Shown piece by piece: positions 18,016 to 27,801 of a DNA stretch of 64,000 nucleotides. Source of the stretch: Dehalococcoidia bacterium (lineage in GTDB: Bacteria > Chloroflexota > Dehalococcoidia > SZUA-161 > SpSt-899); NCBI GenBank assembly GCA_048539495.1, contig JBLYPS010000001.1:11235-75234 (forward strand). The letters run 5' to 3'. A program made the translations under genes and the position numbers. The notes under the pieces were generated by a model, which was not told the origin of the DNA, searched no databases, and saw nothing but the letters and a program-made list of their open reading frames with translations. Each line of letters begins with the position of its first letter. Position 1 is the stretch's first letter.

Positions 18016-18492
18016 TTACCATATTCGAGTAAGCACTATTACAATCATCACCAGGCCAGCGATGAATTTCAACACCACTCCGCCCACTGCGCCGATGACG
18101 GCTCCGAACCCGGCTCTTATAGCTTTAGAGCCACCGGCACCGGCAAGTAGCTCTCCGGCAACTGCGCCAATGATCGGGCCTATCAGTATCCCGATCGGGC
18201 CCAGGGTAAGGATACCGGCTAATCCACCGATAATTGCGCCATATACGCCAGCTTTAGAGGCGCCATATTTTTTGGCCCCGATCGCACCGGCGACATATTC
18301 CAGCAGCTCTGCTGCCACACAGATCAGCACCAGGATGGCTATCAGCCAGCCGTCAATTACCGCAAAATCGGTGGCAATCCCATACACTATCGCCCCGATT
18401 AATATCAACGGCGTGCCGGGAATCAAGGGCACGAGTGTGCCCACAAGCCCAACAAACATCAGCAGATAGGCGAGTATAACCAAGAGCTCCAT
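18016..18492 (-). CDS. DUF456 membrane protein
   Basis: GTLVPLIPG, GAKKYGASK, GPIIGAVAGEL. Confidence 0.85.
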   Translation of the reverse strand: MELLVILAYLLMFVGLVGTLVPLIPGTPLILIGAIVYGIATDFAVIDGWLIAILVLICVAAELLEYVAGAIGAKKYGASKAGVYGAIIGGLAGILTLGPIGILIGPIIGAVAGELLAGAGGSKAIRAGFGAVIGAVGGVVLKFIAGLVMIVIVLTRIW

Positions 18493-18505
18493 TTGTTCCT
18501 ACTCA

Positions 18506-18614
18506 GGTTGTCAGGTTCACGGTTCGACGTTCAAGGTTGGTCGCCTTATCTTCAAACCGTTCAATCTTCATCGCTCTCTAACCTTGAACCATGAATCCTG
18601 GAACTTTGAACCTG
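18506..18614. repeat. Heptamer hairpin element (GGTTCAN/TGAACC type)
   Basis: ggttcacggttcgacgttcaaggtt ... aaccttgaaccatgaatcctggaactttgaacc. Confidence 0.75.
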
Positions 18615-18646
18615 TGGAGTTTATGTCCATTTTTCCTCTTGGGGAT

Positions 18647-20170
18647 TTAGACCAGGCTTCTCGGCCGATACTGCAGCGCCTCGGCGAGGTGAGCGGCGCC
18701 GATAGTGCCGGCACCGTCGAGATCGGCGATGGTACGACCCAGTTTGAGGATGCGGTGAAACGAGCGGGCAGAGAGCGAAAGCTGCCTGACCGCTGACTGC
18801 AGGAGGCTTTGCGCCCCCGGCTCCGTCTGACAGAAGGCACGGATTTCAATGGGCGTCATGTCGGCATTGCAGGTGAGCTTGCTGCCATCAAATCGCTCTC
18901 GCTGAAGAAGACGCGCCGCCTCAACCCTCGCCCGGATCGCCGCTGAGCTCTCGTTCAATCTCTCATCGGCCAGCTTCTCGTATTCGATGCGCGGCACCTC
19001 GACAAAAATATCAATACGGTCAAGAAGCGGACCGCTGATTCGTTTCTGGTAACGGGAAACGAGGGCAGATGGGCAGGTGCATTGTCGCACAGGATCGCCA
19101 TAATATCCACACGGGCAGGGGTTCATCGCCCCGACCAGCATGAAGCTGGACGGATAGGTCATACTGCCCTGAGCACGGGTAATGGTTACCACGCGGTCTT
19201 CCAGAGGTTGACGCAGAACCTCTAGAACGGCGTGGCCGAATTCCGGTAACTCGTCCAGAAACAGCACCCCGCGGTGGCTCAAGCTTATCTCGCCAGGTCT
19301 GGGCCAGTGGCCCCCACCCACAAGTCCAATATGTGAGACCGTATAGTGGGGTGACCTAAACGGTCTCTGGGAAATCAGTGGCGTATCCCGGGGGAGAAGC
19401 CCGCTGACGCTGTATATCTTGGTCGTTTCCAGGGACTCATCGGGGGTCATCTCGGGGAGAATGGAGGGGAGCGATCGGGCCAGAAGCGTCTTGCCCCCTC
19501 CCGGAGGTCCGCTCATGATCAGATTGTGCCCACCGGCCGCGGCTACCTCCATGGCTCGCTTGGCGTGTTCCTGCCCCTTTATGTGAGCCATATCTATCCC
19601 CGTCTCCCTCCTTTCAGCCGCCTTCAGAGGGTCATCTTCCATAACATAGTCGGCAATGGAGGCACCACCCCGCAGATAAGCAACCAACTGTGTTAGTGAT
19701 TCCACGGGGATGACCCTTATGCCCTGGATCAGAGCGGCCTCTCTGGCATCGGCAGCAGGGACAAACACCGGGGACAACCCCTTTTCACTTGCCATGGATG
19801 CCATGGAAAGGACGCCGTGGGTATGGCGCAGACTGCCATCCAGCGAGAGCTCGCCGAGAAACAGGGCTCCTGAAAGGTCAACGGCGACTTGCTCGGAACT
19901 GAGAAGAACGCCTACGGCGATGGGCAGGTCGTAGGCCGGGCCAGCCTTCTTGAGGTCGGCAGGGGCCAGGTTGACGGTGATCCGTTTTCCAGGGAAGGTG
20001 CAACCCGCGTTCCGGATGGCAGAGCGCACCCTTTCGCGGGACTCCTGTACGGCGGTATCGGGAAGCCCCACAATCGTCATCGAGGGTAACCCGCCCGAAA
20101 TATCCACCTCTACCTCAACCAATCGCCCCTCAAGGCCAAACACTGCTGCAGAATTTACCTTAGCTAGCAT
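18647..20170 (-). CDS. comM: YifB/ComM Mg-chelatase-like AAA+ ATPase
   Basis: IVGLPDTAVQESRERV, GPPGGGKT, HRGVLFLDELPEF, AMNPCPCGY, ISGPLLDRID. Confidence 0.95.
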   Translation of the reverse strand: MLAKVNSAAVFGLEGRLVEVEVDISGGLPSMTIVGLPDTAVQESRERVRSAIRNAGCTFPGKRITVNLAPADLKKAGPAYDLPIAVGVLLSSEQVAVDLSGALFLGELSLDGSLRHTHGVLSMASMASEKGLSPVFVPAADAREAALIQGIRVIPVESLTQLVAYLRGGASIADYVMEDDPLKAAERRETGIDMAHIKGQEHAKRAMEVAAAGGHNLIMSGPPGGGKTLLARSLPSILPEMTPDESLETTKIYSVSGLLPRDTPLISQRPFRSPHYTVSHIGLVGGGHWPRPGEISLSHRGVLFLDELPEFGHAVLEVLRQPLEDRVVTITRAQGSMTYPSSFMLVGAMNPCPCGYYGDPVRQCTCPSALVSRYQKRISGPLLDRIDIFVEVPRIEYEKLADERLNESSAAIRARVEAARLLQRERFDGSKLTCNADMTPIEIRAFCQTEPGAQSLLQSAVRQLSLSARSFHRILKLGRTIADLDGAGTIGAAHLAEALQYRPRSLV

Positions 20171-20314
20171 CCTCAATAGATGATACTACTGGCTTTGGGC
20201 ATTGTCAATGAGTATGAGGAAAGTGGCCTGTTGTCAGATGGCCATTGGCTACTCAGCCTGACGGCTGAGTGCTGAATCCTGCCAGATGTGATAGAATAAG
20301 CCAGGGGGCGGAAG

Positions 20315-21670
20315 TTGACCAAGCGCATCATTGCCATCGTAGGCCGACCCAATGTGGGGAAATCGACCCTATTCAATCGTCTTGTCGGTGAGCGGCGGGC
20401 GATCACCGAGGATATCCCGGGGACCACTCGCGACCGGGCCTATGCCACTATCACCTGGCTGGATCAGCATTTTACCATCGTTGATACCGGTGGGCTGGAA
20501 CTCAGCCCCAACTCACCCATCAGCCAGAAAGTCAAGGAGCAGGTTGAAATCGCCATCGAGGAAGCCGACGCCATCATCATGCTGGTAGATGTGAAGGATG
20601 GTGTGACTATACCCGATAAGGAGATAGCCGAGACGCTCCGGCGATCGAATAAACCGGTGGTTCTGGCGGTTAACAAATGCGATAACGATGAGCGCACCCG
20701 GCAAGCATTTGAGTTTCACGAGATGCCTTTAGACCAGCCGATCACCATCAGCGCCTACCACGGCACAGGCATCGAGACACTCATGGAGAGGGTAACTGCG
20801 TCAATAGTCAAGAGTCAAGGGGAGGGGGACTCCAGACTCCAGACCCCAGACTCCAGACTCCTCGATCAGTCTGAGCCCGACATCATGAGCATAGCGATCC
20901 TTGGCCATCCCAATGTAGGGAAGTCAATGCTCCTGAATGCGCTGGTGGGACAGGAGCGGTCCATCGTCAGTGAGCTGCCGGGCACCACTCGCGACTCCAT
21001 CGATACCATAGTGGAGCGGGACGGATGGCGCGCACTGCTGATTGATACGGCGGGGATCCGGCGGCGGGGACGGATAGACCGCGGCGTAGAGACATACAGT
21101 GTGATGCGGGCGCTGAGGTCTATTGATCGGGCGGATATCTGCCTCCTGGTACTGGATGCCTCTGATATGCTGACCGCCCAGGATGCCCACATTGCCGGCT
21201 ATATAAGGGATGCCTATAAGGGAATCCTGCTGGTGGTCAACAAGTGGGATCTGGCCGATGAACTGGGATTGACGAAGAAAGACCGCATTCTCGAAGTAGA
21301 GAGGAACCTCAAGTTCCTGCATTACGCCCCGATGCTTTTTGTGTCCGCTAAGTCGGGGTTCGGAGTGAGCCAGATCCTGCCGGCGGCTGATGAAATCCAT
21401 CAGGCAAGGACTAAACGCCTCGACCCTTGCGAGCTGAGAGACATGGTAACGCGTGCCATAGAGCGACACCCTCCAATGACGAAAAGACACTTTTCTTTGC
21501 GCAATGTAATCCAACCGGAGGTTGTGCCTCCTACCTTTGTGTTTGCAGTCAACAACCCCGCCCTGGTTCACTTCTCTTACAGGCGATATCTGGAGAACAG
21601 CCTGCGGGATGCCTTTGGATTTACCGGCACGCCGCTGCGCCTCATCTTCAAGAAGAGGCTGAGTGAGTGA
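20315..21670 (+). CDS. engA: Ribosome biogenesis GTPase Der/EngA with in-frame repeat insertion (20800-20861) in the G1-G2 linker
   Basis: Two GxPNVGKS/DTxG/NKxD domains; insert SIVKSQGEGDSRLQTPDSRL. Confidence 0.97.
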   Translation: MTKRIIAIVGRPNVGKSTLFNRLVGERRAITEDIPGTTRDRAYATITWLDQHFTIVDTGGLELSPNSPISQKVKEQVEIAIEEADAIIMLVDVKDGVTIPDKEIAETLRRSNKPVVLAVNKCDNDERTRQAFEFHEMPLDQPITISAYHGTGIETLMERVTASIVKSQGEGDSRLQTPDSRLLDQSEPDIMSIAILGHPNVGKSMLLNALVGQERSIVSELPGTTRDSIDTIVERDGWRALLIDTAGIRRRGRIDRGVETYSVMRALRSIDRADICLLVLDASDMLTAQDAHIAGYIRDAYKGILLVVNKWDLADELGLTKKDRILEVERNLKFLHYAPMLFVSAKSGFGVSQILPAADEIHQARTKRLDPCELRDMVTRAIERHPPMTKRHFSLRNVIQPEVVPPTFVFAVNNPALVHFSYRRYLENSLRDAFGFTGTPLRLIFKKRLSE

Positions 21671-21741
21671 ATGGTGAATGGTGATTGGTAACTGGTAATT
21701 AGGGGTACGGGGTATCACCAATCACCAATCACTAATCACCA
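21667..21741. repeat. Heptamer hairpin element (TGGTGAT/ATCACCA type) containing the engA stop
   Basis: gtgaatggtgaatggtgattggtaactggtaatt - aggggtacgggg - tatcaccaatcaccaatcactaatcacc. Confidence 0.9.
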
Positions 21742-21750
21742 AGATATATA

Positions 21751-22404
21751 ATGATTCTACAGTTGATGGTTATTATTCTACTGGGTTACCTCTTAGGTGC
21801 CATCCCCTTCGGTCTGATCATCGGCCAATTAGCCCGTGGCATAGATGTGCGGCAGTACGGCAGTGGGAAAACCGGGTTCGCCAACGTGCTGCGCACCGCA
21901 GGAGTCAGAGCTGGCGCGGCCACATTCTTTGCCGATGTCGGGAAGGGAATACTCGCCGCCTTGCTTGGCGGAATCATAGTCGGCGGAAGCACGGCGACCG
22001 TTGGGCCTCTCATCTTTGATTTCCAGGGCGCCCAGGTTATAGCGGCAATGGCAGCCGTGGCTGGACACAACTGGTCGGTTTACATCAGATTCGAGGGCGG
22101 GCGGGGGGTGGATACATCTCTGGGCGGACTCATTGCCATGTCTCCCTTTATTGGGCTGGCCTGCCTGGCGATAGGCATGATCGTCATATTGGTTTGGCGA
22201 TACGTCTCGCTGGGATCGATGCTTGGAGCAGGCAGCAGTATCCTGATTCTGATCCCCCTAGTAGCCCTGGGGCATGAGCCGGTAGAATATTTAATCTTTG
22301 GGACGATGGCCACTGGTCTGGTTGTCTATCAGCACCGGGATAATATCGGAAGGCTCCGCGCCGGCACCGAGCGCCGACTGGAGCTAAGGAGAGGGCGAAG
22401 ATGA
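21751..22404 (+). CDS. plsY: Glycerol-3-phosphate acyltransferase PlsY
   Basis: GYLLGAIPFG, DVRQYGSG, GHNWS..F.GGRGV, HRDNIGRL. Confidence 0.95.
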   Translation: MILQLMVIILLGYLLGAIPFGLIIGQLARGIDVRQYGSGKTGFANVLRTAGVRAGAATFFADVGKGILAALLGGIIVGGSTATVGPLIFDFQGAQVIAAMAAVAGHNWSVYIRFEGGRGVDTSLGGLIAMSPFIGLACLAIGMIVILVWRYVSLGSMLGAGSSILILIPLVALGHEPVEYLIFGTMATGLVVYQHRDNIGRLRAGTERRLELRRGRR

Positions 22405-23414
22405 TGAGGATTGCCGTCATCGGTACTACAGCCTGGGGCACGACAGTGGCAGTGATGCTCGCCGCCAGGGGGATGGAGGTGGTCCTCTGGGCTCGGACCG
22501 AGGAGGAAGCAGCCAGGCTGAATAGCGATCGGGAGAATGCCGCTCATCTCCCTGCCGTGTCCTTTCCGGAAAGCCTGAGTTCTACCTCGTCTCCAGCAGA
22601 AGCTCTGGATGGAATCGAGCTTGCCATCCTCGCCGCGCCCTCGCAGACCATGCGGGACAATCTCAATATCATCAAGGACCACCTCCGGGAGCCTACATTG
22701 ATACTGAGTCTCAGTAAGGGCATCGAGATCGAGACCACCAAGCGTATGTCCGAGGTTATTGCCGAGTCACTTGCTCCGGAGTTCGGTCACCGAATAGCCG
22801 TCCTCTCTGGCCCCAATTTCGCCAAGGAAGTTATCCTGGGGCTGCCGACGGCAACGGTGATCGCCGCGGCAGATATCCAGGCCGCCGAGACGATTCAGCA
22901 ATTCGTATCTTCCCCAAACTTCAGGGCCTATGTCAATCGGGACATAGTCGGCGTTGAACTCGCCGGGGCACTGAAGAATATCATTGCCCTGGCTACCGGG
23001 ATGTCCGATGGGCTGGGTTATGGCGATAACACCCGCGCCGCCCTGATCACCAGAGGGTTGGCCGAGATCACCCGGCTTGGAGTGGCCGCCGGAGCCAACC
23101 CGCTGACCTTCTCCGGACTTGCCGGAATCGGTGACCTGGTGGCCACCTGCACCAGTCAATTGAGCCGCAATCGCTTCGTGGGGCAGGAATTGGCCCGTGG
23201 ACGTCCCTTACAGGAAATATTGTCCTCTATGAGCGGCATTGCCGAGGGGGTGGGTACTGCCGCGGCTGCCCGGGAGCTGGCGCGGCAACTGGGGGTAGAG
23301 ATGCCCGTCAGCGAGCAGGTTTACCGGGTGTTATTCGAGGGGCTCGCGGTGAAGGAGGGCGTCCCCGCCCTGATGGAACGGGAGCTGAAGCACGAAATGA
23401 GTCTGGAGTCTTGA
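22401..23414 (+). CDS. gpsA: NAD(P)H-dependent glycerol-3-phosphate dehydrogenase
   Basis: SKGIE, LSGPNFAKE, GALKNIIA, GLAGIGDLVATCTS.LSRN. Confidence 0.96.
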   Translation: MMRIAVIGTTAWGTTVAVMLAARGMEVVLWARTEEEAARLNSDRENAAHLPAVSFPESLSSTSSPAEALDGIELAILAAPSQTMRDNLNIIKDHLREPTLILSLSKGIEIETTKRMSEVIAESLAPEFGHRIAVLSGPNFAKEVILGLPTATVIAAADIQAAETIQQFVSSPNFRAYVNRDIVGVELAGALKNIIALATGMSDGLGYGDNTRAALITRGLAEITRLGVAAGANPLTFSGLAGIGDLVATCTSQLSRNRFVGQELARGRPLQEILSSMSGIAEGVGTAAAARELARQLGVEMPVSEQVYRVLFEGLAVKEGVPALMERELKHEMSLES

Positions 23415-23496
23415 GTCCCCCACCCCTCAAAGGGGTGAGTCGAAAATCACCCTGATGAGGGATAGGCAAAGTCTGAATACTAGAAAGGAGGAGCAA

Positions 23497-24144
23497 TTGA
23501 CAGAGCAAACTTCTAATCTAGATTTGATCGGAGAGAGAATCAGGACCAGCCTCTCCCTCAAACATGCGGCGAGGGAGAGGGCCATCAAGTCATCCAGGGA
23601 GGCCATCTACCGGTGTGCCACTTCGATTCGGGCGGCGCATCGCGGCGAATACGACCTGGCCAGATCCCTGGCGGATGCAGCCAGGGCTCTCTTGGATGAA
23701 GTGAGCGAGGCCATTGCCAAACACGATGATCTTCGCTATACTGGATTGGTTCATGATTCTCAGAAGGAGTACACCGAGGCCCGCACAACCCTGGCACTGA
23801 TCTCCGGTGCGCCCATCCCGGACCCCGATGAGCTAGGCGTGGGCTATGCCCCCTATCTGAACGGTCTGGGCGAGGCGGCCGGGGAGCTTCGCCGCCACAT
23901 TCTCGATGCGATGAGACGAGGCGAGATGGAGCGCTGCGAAGAGATTCTGGGGATGATGGATGATATCTATGGCCTGCTGGTGACCATTGACTTCCCGGAT
24001 GCCTTGACCGGCGGTTTGAGACGAACAACCGATATGGTCAGGGGCGTCTTGGAAAGGAGCCGTGGCGATCTCACCATTGCGCTGAGACAGAAGCAATTAG
24101 AGACAAAACTGGAGGCTTTTGAGGGGAAGTTAGGAGATAGTTGA
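23497..24144 (+). CDS. Translin-family protein (prokaryotic type)
   Basis: Helical protein with RE..IK.SRE, QKEYTEA, YLNGLGEAAGELRR, LRRTTD; TTG start after GGAGG. Confidence 0.75.
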   Translation: MTEQTSNLDLIGERIRTSLSLKHAARERAIKSSREAIYRCATSIRAAHRGEYDLARSLADAARALLDEVSEAIAKHDDLRYTGLVHDSQKEYTEARTTLALISGAPIPDPDELGVGYAPYLNGLGEAAGELRRHILDAMRRGEMERCEEILGMMDDIYGLLVTIDFPDALTGGLRRTTDMVRGVLERSRGDLTIALRQKQLETKLEAFEGKLGDS

Positions 24145-24158
24145 TGGAGGTTTGAATA

Positions 24159-26204
24159 ATGAATGCGGTATTAATAGCGCTGATAGCGGGGATCATCGGT
24201 CTGTTCTTCGTTGGGTATCTGGTCTTTACCTTGCTAAAACAGGACCCGGGCACCAAAGAGGTCCGGGAAATCTCAGCAGCCATCGAGGAAGGAGCCCTGG
24301 CTTTCCTCTATCGGCAATATAAGACCCTGGCCTGGTTCGTGGTGATCGTGGCCATTATCCTGGGGGTTTTCCTCGAGCCGCCTGGACTGGTGGCTATCGC
24401 CTACCTGGTGGGAACTTTCTGCTCTGCGGGTGCCGGGTATATCGGGATGAGGGTCGGACTGAAGGCGAATTGCCGTACCGTCGCCGGAGTCATGAGGAGC
24501 CTGAATAGCGGGCTCCGCATTGCCTTCAACAGCGGGGCGGTTATGGGGCTAACTGTCGTCTCCCTGGGGCTGGTCGGACTGAGCGTCATTTACTTCGTCT
24601 TCCAGGGCTGGGGGGCCGGTATCGTTGACATCATCGTTGGATTTAGTGCCGGAGCCTCCTCCATCGCCTTGTTTGCCAGGGTCGGCGGTGGGATTTTCAC
24701 CAAAGCCGCCGATGTCGGCTCTGACCTGGTGGGCAAGGTGGAGGCGGGAATTCCCGAGGACGACCCCCGGAATCCGGCGGTGATCGCCGATAATGTAGGT
24801 GATAATGTGGGCGATATCGCCGGTATGGGTGCCGACCTCTTCGAGTCCTATGTCAGCGCTATCGTCGCTACGTTCACAGTAGCTATCGCTGCTGGGATAG
24901 CCTTTGATTCTCATCTGGCTTTGCTGCCGTTCGTAATTGCTGGAACCGGGATCATTTGCTCGATCATCGGGACCTTTTTTGTCCGAGTGGGGGAGCAACT
25001 TAAGATGGAAGCCCTGCTCATGGCGTTGCGCCGCGGCATCTGGGTGTCTTCGATACTGGTTGCCGGCACTTCCTTTTTAGTTATCCATCTCATGGATGTC
25101 GAGAATGTTCTTGAGGGTGTCAGCGGTATGGATGTCTGGCTCTCGATCATTGCCGGACTGGTGGCGGGTGTCTTAATCGGGCTGAGCATCGAATACTATA
25201 CCTCTTACAGTTACCAGCCGACGAAGTCCATTGCCGAAGCTGCTCAAACCGGAACCGGCACCCTCATCATCCGTGGGTTTGCCACCGGAATGCTGAGCAC
25301 GGTGGCCCCGGTCGTATTCGTAGTGATTGCCGTTCTGGTCGCTTATGAATTTGCTGGTCTTTACGGGGTAGCCATCACAGCGGTGGGTATGCTTTCTACG
25401 CTGGGGATCACGCTGGCTACAGATGCCTACGGGCCGGTGGCCGATAATGCCGGTGGCATTGCCGAACAGGCCCATCTGCCAGCGGAGGTAAGGGAGAAAA
25501 CGGATGCTCTAGACGCTATGGGGAATACTACTGCGGCTACGGGCAAGGGTTTTGCCATTGGCTCGGCCGCCCTCACCGCCCTTGGCTTGACTGCCGCCTT
25601 CGGTGGTCGAATGGAGGTTTTGGGCCATCCCTTGACAATGAGCTTGCTCGATCCGAAAGTCGTCAGTGGTATACTGATAGGTGCTCTGCTGGTCTTCCTT
25701 TTCAGCGCGCTGACCATGAATGCCGTGGGCCGGGCAGCTATGCTGGTGGTCAATGAGGTACGCCGCCAGTGGCATGAGATAAAGGGGATCATGACCGGCG
25801 AAGCCAAACCGGATTATGCCCGGTGCGTTGATATTACCACCAAGGCAGCGCTGAAAGAAATGATACTGCCCGGCCTGCTGGCGATCGTCGTTCCGGTTGC
25901 GGTGGGAATGATTCCCTTCCTCGGGCCCGATGCACTGGGTGGGCTGTTGATTGGAGCTCTCGGCTGCGGCTTTCTGCTGGCGGTTACTATGGCCAATGCC
26001 GGCGGGGCCTGGGACAACGCCAAGAAGTATATCGAGTCGGGACACCTCGGCGGTAAGGGATCGCAGCAGCACAAAGCGGCGGTGGTCGGGGACACGGTCG
26101 GCGATCCGTTCAAGGACACCTCCGGGCCTTCCTTGAACATCCTGATCAAGCTGATGGCCACGGTGTCGCTGCTTTTCGCCCCAATCTTCGCTGCTATGAT
26201 GTAG
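24159..26204 (+). CDS. hppA: Membrane-bound pyrophosphatase, K+-dependent type
   Basis: [35 protein letters not shown] (K+-dependent signature), [14 protein letters not shown]. Confidence 0.97.
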   Translation: MNAVLIALIAGIIGLFFVGYLVFTLLKQDPGTKEVREISAAIEEGALAFLYRQYKTLAWFVVIVAIILGVFLEPPGLVAIAYLVGTFCSAGAGYIGMRVGLKANCRTVAGVMRSLNSGLRIAFNSGAVMGLTVVSLGLVGLSVIYFVFQGWGAGIVDIIVGFSAGASSIALFARVGGGIFTKAADVGSDLVGKVEAGIPEDDPRNPAVIADNVGDNVGDIAGMGADLFESYVSAIVATFTVAIAAGIAFDSHLALLPFVIAGTGIICSIIGTFFVRVGEQLKMEALLMALRRGIWVSSILVAGTSFLVIHLMDVENVLEGVSGMDVWLSIIAGLVAGVLIGLSIEYYTSYSYQPTKSIAEAAQTGTGTLIIRGFATGMLSTVAPVVFVVIAVLVAYEFAGLYGVAITAVGMLSTLGITLATDAYGPVADNAGGIAEQAHLPAEVREKTDALDAMGNTTAATGKGFAIGSAALTALGLTAAFGGRMEVLGHPLTMSLLDPKVVSGILIGALLVFLFSALTMNAVGRAAMLVVNEVRRQWHEIKGIMTGEAKPDYARCVDITTKAALKEMILPGLLAIVVPVAVGMIPFLGPDALGGLLIGALGCGFLLAVTMANAGGAWDNAKKYIESGHLGGKGSQQHKAAVVGDTVGDPFKDTSGPSLNILIKLMATVSLLFAPIFAAMM

Positions 26205-26223
26205 GTGAGTATCGAGGGGAGCC

Positions 26224-26862
26224 TCAAAACTCAGAACTCATTTGTTCCAGTTGGTTCAGTGCCTTCCTGGTATCACTGGCAAGACGGGTGCTATCGGAGT
26301 TCTCTATCCGATACTTGAAGAGCCAGTAAGTAAACTCGTTGAGCTCGGTGAGCGTGATATTCTCGCACGGAGGGTAGCCAACTTCCTGTCTGAAGAGTCC
26401 AAGTAGGACCGTTTCACTTGAACCATATATCCTCTGGAAGACATCTCCTGGGCAGTTAGAGATCTTTCCGTGTTGCTCCTTCTCTATTTCCATCTCAATA
26501 GCGAGATGCAGGGCTTGCTCCACTGTAATGCCGTAGAAATAGTTGAGATGAGCTTGATATTTCTCATTTCCGATGAGCCCCTTGAATTCGCCGGCGGAAA
26601 GCTCGATGGGCGGCTGGCCGAAGAGCAGCTCGACCCTTTCTTTTTCGGGGATGAGGCTGCCGATCTCCGCGGTCAGGCGTTCCGCCAGTAAGAGCCAGTC
26701 GAAGGCCTGGCCGGCGATAAGGTATCGGTAATGACGCCCTGCATAGGTCTCCTCGGGCAGGGTCCAGAGCGCAATAGCCTCGAGCAAGGCGATATACCAA
26801 TGCTTGCCATCTGCTATCGATTGCTTCAGGTGTCGTATGGCGCCAGCATCATAACTTGTCAT
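26224..26862 (-). CDS. Hypothetical protein
   Basis: 212-aa ORF with protein-like composition ([26 protein letters not shown]); stop lies in a short heptamer element at 26208-26240. Confidence 0.75.
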   Translation of the reverse strand: MTSYDAGAIRHLKQSIADGKHWYIALLEAIALWTLPEETYAGRHYRYLIAGQAFDWLLLAERLTAEIGSLIPEKERVELLFGQPPIELSAGEFKGLIGNEKYQAHLNYFYGITVEQALHLAIEMEIEKEQHGKISNCPGDVFQRIYGSSETVLLGLFRQEVGYPPCENITLTELNEFTYWLFKYRIENSDSTRLASDTRKALNQLEQMSSEF

Positions 26863-27072
26863 TTCAAGTTTTAAGTTTTAAGTTTTAAGGCTGTTCATAC
26901 CTGATGCTTCATTGCTCTCTAACCCTGAACCTTGAACCTGTGTAGTTACACAGCATAATTATAGCCCTCATCGAGCATTAGGGCAACGTGTCGTAAGTTT
27001 TAAGTTTTAAGGCTATTCATACCTGATACTTCATTGCTCTCTAACCGTGAACCGTTGAACCTTGAACCTGAG
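26863..27072. repeat. Two direct copies of an approximately 78-bp element with AAGTTTT and TGAACCT arms
   Basis: taagttttaagttttaaggct.ttcatacctgat.cttcattgctctctaacc.tgaacc at about 26865-26940 and 26994-27070. Confidence 0.85.
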
Positions 27073-27080
27073 TTTAGGTA

Positions 27081-27110
27081 TTGACAAGGGGGTGTAAGGT
27101 GGTATACAAT
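27081..27110 (+). promoter_or_regulatory. Putative sigma70 promoter
   Basis: TTGACA-18 nt-TACAAT. Confidence 0.55.
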
Positions 27111-27182
27111 TCTAGATACAGGATGCAGGGTAGGGAAAAGGACTCTCGACTCCAGACTCTCGAGCTGCGGAGGTGTTATAAA

Positions 27183-27707
27183 ATGATTGAGATGAACATC
27201 GACAGCATACGCGTGAGCATGATGAATTATCAGCGTGTGGTGATCCTGAGGGAAAAGGATACGGAGCGTTATCTCCCTATCTGGATCGGTCCTGCTGAGG
27301 CCGATGCCATAGCGATCAAATTGCAAGGGGTCATCCCACCGCGCCCATTAACCCACGACCTGCTGGAATCGGTCATCAGTAAGCTGGGGGCCAGTGTAAG
27401 TTCGGTCATCGTCAGCGATCTCCAAAATGATACCTTTTACGCCAAGCTGATCCTCAATGTCAAGGGAGAACAATTGGAGCTAGACTCCCGCCCCAGCGAT
27501 GCTATGGCTATCGCGATACGGACTGACTCACCCATCTATGTCGAAGAGATGGTGCTGGATCGAGTAGGGATATTGATCGATCATGAGACTGGGAAACCCG
27601 TACCTCAGCGTAAGGCTGGCAAAGGGGAGGCTAGCGAAGAAGAGTTGAAGAGCCTTTCCGCCTTCCATGATTTCATCGATAACCTCAATCTGGAGGGCCT
27701 CCAGTGA
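27183..27707 (+). CDS. Bifunctional nuclease family protein (DUF151)
   Basis: RYLPIWIGPAEADAI, RPLTHDLL, DSRPSDAMAIA. Confidence 0.93.
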   Translation: MIEMNIDSIRVSMMNYQRVVILREKDTERYLPIWIGPAEADAIAIKLQGVIPPRPLTHDLLESVISKLGASVSSVIVSDLQNDTFYAKLILNVKGEQLELDSRPSDAMAIAIRTDSPIYVEEMVLDRVGILIDHETGKPVPQRKAGKGEASEEELKSLSAFHDFIDNLNLEGLQ

Positions 27708-27798
27708 TTCGTAGGATGGTCATCTTGCCCGTCATCAACCAGTGATTCGTAGGATGGGCATCTTGCCCGTCATCAACCAGTCACCAGTCACCGACTAC
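27701..27798. repeat. 38-bp tandem duplication of a GGGCATCTTGCCC palindrome plus heptamer arm, between convergent genes
   Basis: ccagtgattcgtaggatgg(t/g)catcttgcccgtcatcaa twice, then ccagtcaccagtcaccgact. Confidence 0.8.
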
Positions 27799-27801
27799 TC
27801 C

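Noticed and set aside
17930-18022. N-terminal extensions of ridA (similarly aroA 32890-32925, pyrK 62869-62925, DUF151 27081-27182)
   Set aside because: They read through repeat or promoter DNA; family homology begins at the downstream starts, most of which have an RBS.
27701-27780. 38-bp repeat pair as a mini-CRISPR
   Set aside because: Head-to-tail duplication with no spacer.
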